11,611 bases of DNA from the NCBI GenBank assembly GCA_000388065.2, contig KB932201.1. One strand, 5' to 3'. This stretch comes from Fonticula alba ATCC 38817 (lineage: Eukaryota > Protista > Nucleariida). The position numbers were made by a program, and so were the translations under genes. The notes below the pieces were generated by a model. That model ran no database searches. It was not told the DNA's origin and saw only the letters and a program-made list of their open reading frames with translations. Below, piece after piece: positions 1 to 9,051 of this stretch. Within the stretch, counting starts at the first letter, position 1. Each line of letters opens with the position of its first letter.

Positions 1-402
1 GGGGGGGGGGGGGGGGCCGGCCAGCATCAGGCCCGTTTCGACAGCGACGCGGCCCGCCGGAGAACGCATCAGCACGCCCGCTCCCCGACATGCTCCGGCT
101 TTAGAAGGGGCCAGCCCGGCCCCCGCGCCCGGACGCGGGCCCGCGAGCGCGAGCACGGCGGGCGCTCGATCGGCACCAGAGCACCGCCCCCGGCGCCCCA
201 GGGGCGGCGGGGGACGCGTTTGGGTCCAAGGATCCCCGGATGGGCGCGCGAGCGCGCGCTCCGGGTGCACCCCAACCCTCGGGGTGCTCTGTCGGGCGAG
301 CCGCAGGGGGCGGCCCCCGCCGCAGGGCGCCGGATTTAACCGCCCTGGTCGGTCCCGGTAGCATGCGGTTCCGCCACCGCCGGGGGACCGGCCCCGGGGA
401 AC

Positions 403-415
403 GAGAGCGAGAAAG

Positions 416-458
<43 letters not shown>
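403..458. repeat. (GA)n microsatellite, perfect (GA)15 at 421-450
   Basis: Read directly from the sequence. Confidence 0.95.
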
Positions 459-460
<2 letters not shown>

Positions 461-755
461 ACCCCACCAAAAGTGGGGAACACAGGATGAGCCACAGCGA
501 GAGGGAGTGAGGGAGGAAGAACCGCGATTGACCCCCGGTCCCCCCGGGGGCGGGGGGGGGGGGGGGGGGGCCCGGGGGCGGCGGGACAACCGTGCGTTTT
601 CCAGGACCTCGCCCGGGGCCGGGAGAAATTCAGGGCTGTGGCCGTGGATCGCTGTTTACCTCTCTGCCCCTCCCCCCGCCCCTCCCCCCGACTAGGGATC
701 CCGGCGCCTCGCCCGCGGGCGGTCAGAAGCGATGGCACTCGGCCTCGGAGCCCCG

Positions 756-1119
<364 letters not shown>

Positions 1120-1354
1120 CCCCCCCCCCCCCCCCCCAAGGACGGAGACAAATGCCAGCCGCCCGTCGCGGGAGGCTTTCCCACGGCCGCGGCAGCGACC
1201 ACCCGCCTCCCCCCTCTGCCCGGCCCAGCCCTGCGCCCCTCCCTCAGCACGCACACACGCCCATCCACCGACCCGCCCATCCGCCCTTCCCTCGATATCC
1301 GCCCACCTCCCCAGTGGACCCTTCTTGCCGGCTCCCGGGATCTGCGCGGCGAAG

Positions 1355-3365
1355 ATGACCCCGTTCGAGGCCTTCTGCGCGATCAACCCGGCCGACACGG
1401 CCCAGGTGCGCCCCCTCCCGGGCTCGGCTCCCGCCCTTGCCTTTCTCGGACTCTCCCCCCTGCCCCTGCCGCGTGCCCCTGAAACTGGAACCTGACGCGG
1501 TCGCCCCCAATCAAGGTCGTGCAAGCTGGCCACAAACTGCTTCACCAGTCCGGACCTTCTCACGGCGAAGAGTGTGCGTCAGCAGTCAGCCTCCCGGTCT
1601 TTTGAGACCCTTTCCCTCCTTTTCTCCTCCTCCCCCCCCCCCTGGACACTGCTCCGCCGGTCCAAGCGTCATGCTGACTCGGCTGCATCGGGCCCCAGAC
1701 TGGTCCATCTGCGAACGCGTGCTCATCGCGGCTCTCGACCGCTTCGACCACTTCCGGCCGATTGCTGCGGTACGGTTTCTCGCGCGCGCGCGCGCGCGCG
1801 CGCGCGCACGTGCCCGCTGCCTCTGGCACGTCGCCTCCTCGTCAGTCCATTGACCGAGCCCGCTCGTATCGGCACCCGCACCCGCACCCGCACCTGCACA
1901 CATTCAGGACTGTCTCGGGCGGCTTGAGAAACAGTTTGGCTCACGCAGCCTGCGCATCATGCGCCTGGCCGGCATGTTCGAAGAGGCCAAGGGCGACTTC
2001 GAAGCTGCGGCCGTGGTGTACCACCAAATCCTTGAGCGCGATCCCTCGAACGCGGTGCGCACCCCCCCCCCCCCCGCCCCCCCCGCCGCTCCCCGGACTC
2101 GGGCCGTGGGTGTGCATGTCACGAAGAGCGACTGACTGTGTCCTTGCCACTCCGGCTGCCGGGGCCTCGGGCAATGAAACCACCACCCCCACCACCAGGG
2201 CGCCATGAAGCGCCTCATCGCGCTGGCCGGCCAGCTGGAGGATGCCTCGCGCATGGTCACCCTCCTGGTGGACTACCTGGAGATCTACATGAACGATGCC
2301 GAGGCATGGAAGCTGCTGGCGTCGCTCTACTGCCGGAGTAGCTGCTATGAGCAGGCGATCTTCTGCTACGAGCAACTGTTCGTCATCCAGGAGACCGCCT
2401 CCTGTCGGATTCTCTGCGCGGAAGTGCGTGCCCAGGAGGTGGGGGGGGGGGGCATTTTCTTTCCGCCTCCGGTCCCCAATGCTGGACCCTCCCATTGGCC
2501 TGCTCCTCCGCCTGCCCCCTCCCCGCGCTGACATTGCATCTCACTGGGGCCGGGCCACAATCGTGCCACAATCGGCCATTGGGGGGGCGGGACCCCTGCC
2601 CGCTGCCCACCGCAAGGCTCTCTACACCCGTGGGGACATTGAAAGCTTGGTCCTGGCCCGGAAGTACTACTGCCGGGCGTTGGAGCTGACCAGCTCCTCC
2701 TCCGGGACTTCGGTCCGGTCACCGACCTCCATCAGCAATGCTGTCACCTGTGGCGAGACGACGCGCGCCCTGCAGGGGATCTTCCTGGTGCGTTCGTGCC
2801 TCCCGTGGGATGCCCTGCTCGCTCTTTTGCCCGGTAGCCCGGGGATCGCCAGCCGCCCGTCCTGACCCTCCTCCCCCCCCCTCCTGTCCCCCTGGCACAT
2901 GAGCAGACCTCGCAGCGCTTGCTCCGGCTCCGGTCCCGCTCGCCGGCCGACCCGGCCATCGACCCGGAGCAGCATCACCGTGATCAGCTCATGGACGAGT
3001 CGATGCTCCGGCGCTCGGCCGAGAGCCTCCTCTCGGTGTTCGGGTCTGCCCGGGCGCCGTTCCCCGTTCGCCAGTCCTTCCATGCCCTGCTGCTGAGCTC
3101 CCTGGACCCGGACGCAGCCAGCCGCGCTGCCAATGCCGCTGCCACCCCGGTCGAGCCGGCTACCCCGCGCAAGTTGGCCCCGGTTGAGGCCTCCCCCTCG
3201 GTGCCGAGCTCGATCAGCTCCTCGGCGGCCTCCTCACCGGCCCTCGCCGATGAGGGTGACCCGCCGGTTGCCTCACCGGAGACCACCTCGGCCCCGGGTG
3301 ACGCCGGCTCCTCGCCATCGCCCTCCTCCGGCCCGCAGACGCCCGAGAGCTCTGGCCATGATTGA
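1355..3365 (+). CDS. EMC2: ER membrane protein complex subunit 2 (TPR protein), 7 exons, 393 aa
   Basis: Exons 1355-1405, 1516-1573, 1699-1769, 1908-2054, 2199-2423, 2617-2787, 2907-3365 (1182 nt, phases consistent, all GT-AG). Spliced protein MTPFEAFCAINPADTAQVVQAGHKLL...YWSICERVLIAALD...DCLGRLEKQFGSRSLRIMRLAGMFEEAKGDFEAAAVVYHQILERDPSNAGAMKRLIAL...YLEIYMNDAEAWKLLASLY...AIFCYEQL...ALYTRGDIESLVLARKYYCRALEL...RALQGIFL is collinear with human EMC2 as recalled (IWIIYEQVMIAALD, DAIQLYDRILQEDPTN, DQEAWHELAELY, LELSRKYFAQAL, RALFGL). The exact start codon is less certain. Confidence 0.9.
1781..1807. repeat. (CG)13.5 microsatellite in EMC2 intron 3
   Basis: Read directly; a second run of 17 nt lies at 3781-3797. 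Confidence 0.95.
1872..1899. repeat. (GCACCC)n short tandem repeat in EMC2 intron 3
   Basis: GCACCC x3 + GCACCT + GCAC. Confidence 0.85.
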
Positions 3366-3368
3366 CCG

Positions 3369-3374
3369 AATAAA
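3369..3374 (+). promoter_or_regulatory. Candidate polyadenylation signal AATAAA 3 nt after the EMC2 stop
   Basis: TGA-CCG-AATAAA-CAC; canonical hexamer in an otherwise AT-poor context. Two more AATAAA occur at 3637-3642 and 3649-3654. Confidence 0.4.
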
Positions 3375-3480
3375 CACCCACCTGCCTGCCTGCCTGGCAT
3401 TCGAGATCCTCCTCTGGCCTTGGCCTTCATGTTCCGGCACATCTGGCCACGGGCTGTCCGGCGTCGAATCCCCCGGCAGC

Positions 3481-3524
3481 CGGGCGGCCGGGCGGCCGGG
3501 CGGCCGGGCGGCCGGGCGGCCGGG
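3481..3524. repeat. (CGGGCGGC)5.5 tandem repeat
   Basis: Five perfect 8-mers plus CGGG. Confidence 0.95.
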
Positions 3525-3922
3525 ACACCGGGGGAATGCCACTGCCGAGCCGGGGCCTTCGGCCCGGATCGCGCGCGCGGCCGCCGTGTCCCCCCCCCCC
3601 CCCTCCGAAAGCCGGCATGTGGAGGCGGGGCGGGAAAATAAAGGGAAAAATAAAAACATGCCCATTTAAATGTCCCTCTTTTTGGGGGGACACCATCTTT
3701 GGCCCACGGTTGCCTTGAGACCGCCCGGCAGCCGGGGTCAGACTGACCCATTGCTCCGTTGGCAGACACCGCCAGCCGCACGCGCGCGCGCGCGCGCCCA
3801 TGCTTGCGCCCGGCCCCCGGGCCAGGCGGGCTCCTTTTTTTCGGGGCCTCTCCCCCGCGCGCTGGCAACCCGCCGGGATGGCCAGCGCAATCCACCCCTC
3901 CCCCACACGCATTGCTCCCCTT

Positions 3923-3923
<1 letters not shown>

Positions 3924-3959
<36 letters not shown>

Positions 3960-3973
3960 CCCCCCCCCCCCCC
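3924..3973. repeat. 50-bp poly-C tract (one T at 3957) ending 16 nt before the TRM82 ATG
   Basis: Read directly from the sequence. Confidence 0.95.
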
Positions 3974-3989
3974 TCGCCCCTTGCCCGCC

Positions 3990-4109
3990 ATGTCCGACAG
4001 CGCCTTCCGCCAGCCGTTCTCCTTCATCCTCGATGCCCGTGACAACATCGTCCTCATCTTCGGCAATGACTTCCAGATTGTGAACAAGGCGTGCGTTAGT
4101 CCCCCTCCG

Positions 4110-4140
<31 letters not shown>

Positions 4141-6303
4141 CTCGCGCGCTCTCTTTCTTCGTCTCTCGCGCTCTCTCTCCCCGTCTCGCTCTCTCTCTCC
4201 CTCTCTCTCCCTCTCTCTCTCTCTCTCTTGTCTTGAGCCTCCTTCTCTCGCCCCTCCCCACTGACCCACACTCCTGCCCTGCGGCCCTGCAGCTCCGCCA
4301 CCATCACCCACTCGACCCGCGCTGTGGAGGGCGCACACCACATCGAGGGCGGCCACACCACCCCCATCGTCGCGGCTGCCCTTTCGCCCGGCCAGGGGCA
4401 CTTTGTGACCAGCTCCAACGACCGCATTGTCACCATCTGGGACACTGCCACCTGGACGGTCAAGTCCTCGCGGTATGTCGACATCCCCCGGCCCCCTTGC
4501 CCTTCCTCCCTCGTGGCCACTGACCATTGCCCGCCCCACGCACGCCGGCACAGCCCGGTCAACAAGCGTATCACCTCCATCAAGTTCAACAAGGACGAGG
4601 ACACCTTCATCGTGGCCGACAAGTTCGGTGACCTCCTCTCGTGCGTCTCCGCCGCACATTTCCCGGGCCCCGCCCGGTCTCCCTCGCCCCCGGGCGTTTT
4701 CCTCGGACCCCTGTTCTTCCGCCCCACTCACCCCCTGGCTCCGGAACTGACCGCCCGCCCCGCCCCCCCCCCCCCGCCCCGCCCCGCCCCCCGGCCCCGC
4801 TACTCCAGCATCAACATCAACAACACCGAGACCCTTACCCCGCTGCTCAGCCACCTGACCATCGTCACGGACTTCGTGCGTTTCTCCCCCGACTCCTGGC
4901 GGGTGTGGCGGCCCTCCCTTCCGGATCTCCGCCGGTATCCCCTCTTCTCCCTCTCTTTCCACCTCCCTCTGACACATGTGTCCCCCTCGACCTCCGGCCT
5001 TCTGGGCGCCCTGCCCAGGCCTTCGCTCGTGATGGGTCGGAGATTGTCTCGGCCGACCGTGACGAGAAGATCCGCATTTCTCGCTTCCCCAAGTGCCATC
5101 TGATCGATGGGTTCTGCTTCGGCCATGACTCCTATGTCACCCGGCTGCAGATGATGGCCGGCGCCGGGCCCGACGCCTCGGACATCCTGCTCAGCGGCGG
5201 CGGTGATGGGCTTCTGATCGCCTGGAACCTCCTGACCGGCTCGCTGGTCCAGCGTGTGTCCATCACCGACATGATCGAGCAGCGCTTCGCCGCCGGCCAG
5301 GACGCCGAGAAGCAGGACGTACGCCGATGCCCATGCGGCGCTTTTCGTGGCCTTGCCTCCCCCCCGCCCCTGCCGCACCGACACGCACATACCCTGCGCC
5401 CCTCCCCCCCTTTTTTCTTTTGGCCCTCGCCCCTCTCCTCCTGCTTGACTGGCTCACTCCGTGCGTCTCTTGCTTTCCTTGATTCCTGCCACCATGCACA
5501 CCCCTCCCTCAGGTGGACATCATGGCCATCGTTGCCACCTCGGACCAGAAGCATGTCGCCGTTGCCGTCGAAGAGTACGCCCGCCGCTCCCTGCCTCTCT
5601 TTGCGCTTTCGCCGCCTCGTGTGGCTGACCGCCCTCTCCCTCCCCCAGCTACCCGGGCATTTTCGTCTTCAACTTCGATGCCTCCGCCGCCGAGCCTCTT
5701 TCTTTCTCGCAGACCCTCCGCGTGTCGGCCGACCATCGCCCCACTGCCCTGGCCATCGATGCCGAGGGTCGTCTCTTCGTTGGCTGGTCCAACGGCACCC
5801 AGCTCCTGTCGGCCTTTGACCTTGTCAACGGCAAGGTGCGCCTCGCATTTGCCAGCCGAGCGTTGTTCTCTCGCTCCCTCTCGCCCTCGCCCTCTCTTGC
5901 TTCCCTGCCCGTCATCGCCTCTTGCTCACCCGAAAATGCCGTTCCCACAGTTCGAGCAGTCTTCTGCGGACATCGTTACCACCATCAACAACAGCTCCTC
6001 AGTTCGTGGTACGGCTTTGTCCCTCGTCTGCCGAACAGCTGGGGTGCCCCTCCTCCCCCCCCCCCCTCTTGCCGAAGGGCCCTCGTCTCACCTGTCTCCC
6101 CTGTCTAACCCGCCTCCTTACCCCATCCGAATCCCCTTGCTTCCTCAGTTGTCACGGTCCCGAGCATGCTGCAATACCTGCAGCTCCGCTCCGGGGCGCA
6201 GAAGACTCGCGTCCTCGGTCGCGAGGCCGTCCGCGGCGACACCGACCTCATGGACGAGGATGCCGAGCAGCCAGATGCCAAGCGTGTCAAGACCGACGAG
6301 TAA
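3990..6303 (+). CDS. TRM82: tRNA (guanine-N7)-methyltransferase non-catalytic WD40 subunit (Trm82/WDR4), 9 exons, 398 aa
   Basis: Exons 3990-4090, 4293-4472, 4554-4640, 4809-4875, 5019-5318, 5513-5574, 5649-5835, 5951-6008, 6149-6303 (1197 nt, in frame, all GT-AG). Family motifs KRITSIKF...IVADKFGDL, LLSHLTIVTD, IVSADRDEKIRISRFP, FCFGHDSYV and LLSGGGDG match Trm82/WDR4 (ADKFGDV, TADRDEKIR, FCLGH). Codons are strongly C-ending. Confidence 0.92.
4111..4228. repeat. Imperfect (CT)n microsatellite in TRM82 intron 1
   Basis: (CT)13 at 4111-4136, then interrupted CT runs. Confidence 0.9.
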
Positions 6304-6630
6304 GGCGGTCGCTCTCCCCCCCCCCCCCCCCCGTGTCGGGAGCACTTGCTCTTCCCTTCCCCGGGCTCAGACATTCGCACTGCTCCTCTTGCCACCTGTT
6401 CTCTTCTCGCCCGCCGTTCCCTCCCCCCCTCCCCCCCTCCTGACGGACATGTGTGCAGACACACAAACACATACAAGCACGCATGTGCACGTCCCTCTCC
6501 CCACTCTTTCATGCCGAAAAAAAAATAGATCCCGTCCCTTCTGCAATGCCCCGGACCGTCGATGGCGATTTCCTCCGCTTCCCTCTGTTTGCCTGGAGCC
6601 CCTCGGCGACCGGCCCGCCGGGCCCCTCTT

Positions 6631-6653
6631 CCCCCCCCCCCCCCCCCCCCCCC

Positions 6654-6699
<46 letters not shown>
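6631..6699. repeat. 69-bp poly-C tract (GT at 6654-6655) between the convergent TRM82 and PA2G4-like 3' ends
   Basis: Read directly from the sequence. Confidence 0.95.
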
Positions 6700-6701
<2 letters not shown>

Positions 6702-6772
6702 CCCGACACACGAGAGTCCACCATGTGCAACCACCCCCGCGGCAAGTACGACGCCGGTGTTTGTGGGATATT

Positions 6773-8897
6773 TCATTGCCCCCCACCCGCCACGCCGAGC
6801 TCGTCGTCCTCGCTAGAGGAGGCCGAGTAGACGGCCTCAAGCTGTGCCCGGCGGCCAGCCGGTCCCCGTGACCCGAGTCCCATGGTGCGAAAGCGCCGAG
6901 TCAGGCGGTCGGGCAGGTCGACCTGCCCTTTGGTCGACAGGGCCGGCAGCCGGCGGGCCCCGGCGACCAGCGCCTCGAAGCAGGCCAGCTCCCGGAGTCC
7001 ATCCAGCGGCTGAGCGTGCCATGGTGTGTTAGTGTGCGGCCACAGGGCAGGGTCCATGGAGGGAGCGAGAGGGGAGATCAATGGACAGCAGGGGATGGGC
7101 GAATGGCCCGGCCCCGCCGCAAGCCGGTGTCGTGCCTGAATGAGGTGGGTTCGGTCGTCGACCGGGGCAAAGGCCACCGGCAGGGGGCCCTCGTGTGTCA
7201 GGAGCACCGTGAACTTGGCCATGGCCACGGTTTCAGTGGGTGCTTCGACAAAGGTCGGATAGGGGGTGACCATGTCCTTGCTGGCCAGGTCTGCAAGGCC
7301 AAGCCGGATCGCAGCCTCATCACCGAGAGATCTACCACCCGGCAGGGAGGGATGTCAGGGAGGAGGGGGGGGGGGAGAGACAGAGGGAGGGGCACAGACA
7401 TCAGCATGGAGAGGATACGGGTGGGAGGGGGGCGGAGGGCCTCCACAGCGGGGAGCAGGACAGCATGGCGCACCTCACCGAGAAGGGGAAGACACTGTGG
7501 TGCTCGGTGATCTGATTGAGAAGAGTACGTGAAGCACGCAGGCGAAGCTGGGTCGAGAAGCCCAACGGCTGGCGCGCGTAGATGTTCGGTCGTGAGAGGG
7601 CCGGATGCGCGGCTTGCGAGGCGAGACGACATGACCCGGTCCCGGTGGACAGTAAAATCGAAACGGCATACACCTCGCCCTCTTCGAAGGTAATCCCATC
7701 ACGCGGGTGTCGGCCATCCTTTGCTCCGAGGGAGAAGGACTTGTGTCCTTCAACAAGCTCCCGGTGCAGCGATGTAGATAAAATGCCTGGCATACAGGGG
7801 GGGGGAAGGGGGGAAGCAGGTGCGTTTAGCCGGCCGTGAGGCACGCCGAAAACAGGTGGGGGAGGAGAGAGAGGGAGAGAGAAAGAAGGGGGGGGGAGAA
7901 GAGAAAGGCAAGACCGAAATCAGGGAGACCGCGAGAGGAACGTGCGCACACATACCTGGGATAACATTGCAGCGGAAGTGTGCGGCCACTTGGCTGATGG
8001 CGGCCCGGAGGTCGGCGCATCGGTGCCCCGGCCGAAGAAGCTGCAACGCGGCCAGGCTGGCGTAGTGCGTGGCGCTCAGGAGGTCCGCCAGCCGGGGGAA
8101 ATCGGCGACCGGCGAGTCGGCCCCATCACCGGGCGGCACGTGCACCGTGGTACCAGCCATCACGGGGAAGGTGTTGAAATGGACACCAAGCTCACTGGTG
8201 CAGCAGAGGGCAGTCACAGGGGGTGGACCATGTAAGTGGCAAAGCCGTGCAGGGGCAGGCGCAAGGCGAGTAGGCGCGGGCAGACGCGGGGGAAGTACAT
8301 TTTGACAATGTCCCCGGGGTTGATGAACATCGGCGGATCGGTTTTCAGCGGACAGCAGTTGCCGATGATATTGTTGACGGCCACCGAGGTGGGAAAGGCC
8401 ACGCCATGGCGAAACTGCCGGTAGTGCCGAGGGATGGTGCCCTGCGATTCCAGGATGTGCCGGTCACCGAGGATGCAGAGGTCCAACACCGAGGCACCCG
8501 GCTGACAGGCATCAACCACAGCAGCAAGGGCACCTACGGGAAAGGGGGCCACAGGGGACGAGGTGAGTGCACGCCAGCGAAGAGGGCCCCGGCGGAGCCC
8601 CATGGCGGAAGGGATGGCGCAAGGGGGGGGGGGGGAGGGGGGAAGAACACGGACCGTTGGCGATCGAAGCGGCAATCTGGTAAAAATTCCGCACATCCGG
8701 GTTGACAATGGTGTCTTCTATGTCTTCAAAGCACTCGGACTGCCGGGGAGGGGATGGGGAGGGGAGGGGGGAGGGGAGGGGGGGACATCGAAGGAGGCCA
8801 GAGTCAGCAAGCGAGCGCTCGAGGCCGGCTGGCAGGTCCGGGACAAAGGGCGGCGCACCTGGAACTCGCGCTCCAGCTGGCGGCGGCCGCGGCTCAT
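6773..8897 (-). CDS. PA2G4: Divergent PA2G4/Ebp1-like protein (peptidase M24 'pita-bread' fold, catalytically dead), 7 exons, 447 aa (489 aa if the last intron is retained)
   Basis: Exons in transcript order: 8897-8859, 8739-8655, 8533-8299, 8194-7956, 7786-7474, 7331-7136, 7009-6773 (1344 nt). Motifs DTIVNPDVRNFYQIAASIAN, SVLDLCILGD, GVAFPTSVAVNN, GDIVKIELGVH, FEEGEVYAVSILLSTGTG, LRLRASR, FPFSVR and KFTVLL parallel Ebp1 (TIAEDLVVTKYKMGGDIAN, GIAFPTSISVNN, GDLVKIDLGVH, EVYAVDVLVSSGEG, MPFTLR, KFTVLL). Family membership is secure; orthology versus paralogy is not. Confidence 0.85.
7010..7135 (-). other. Putative GC-AG spliceosomal intron (intron 6 of the PA2G4-like gene)
   Basis: CAG|GCACGA donor, which fits the local GYRCG consensus; CACTAAC branch site at 7034-7028; pyrimidine-rich body; CAG acceptor at 7012-7010; 126 nt, phase 0. 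Confidence 0.7.
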
Positions 8898-9016
8898 GGT
8901 CGCGTGCCTCAGGATGCAAGGGCCGCGGGAGGAGAAAAAAGCCCGAAAAGCAGAAGGAGAGGGGCCCCAAGGTGGGCAGAGTGAGGGTGTGCGTGTGTCT
9001 GAATGCGAGGGGCGAA

Positions 9017-9051
9017 GGAGGAGGAGGAGGAGGAGAAGGAGGAGAAGGAGT
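9017..9051. repeat. (GGA)n/(TCC)n trinucleotide tract upstream of the PA2G4-like gene
   Basis: AGGAGGAGGAGGAGGAGGAGAAGGAGGAGAAGGAG. Confidence 0.85.

Noticed and set aside
235-478. Cluster of small hairpins (235-265, 267-287, 462-478) as a possible structured ncRNA
   Set aside because: Stems of 6-7 bp are expected at this GC content; there is no Sm site, C/D or H/ACA box, or recognisable RNA family.
3654-3663. AAACATGCCC as a p53 half-site
   Set aside because: It is a single half-site and there is no reason to expect p53 in this lineage; kept only as part of the anonymous shared motif.
3924-3992. Pyrimidine tracts before start codons as spliced-leader trans-splicing acceptors
   Set aside because: No AG lies between the tract and the ATG in TRM82 or PHF5A.
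6723-6830. Plus-strand CCACC-ATG ORF MCNHPRGKYDAGVCGIFHCPPP...
   Set aside because: Only 35 aa, antisense to the PA2G4-like last exon and 3' UTR, with no consensus donor and no recognisable homology.
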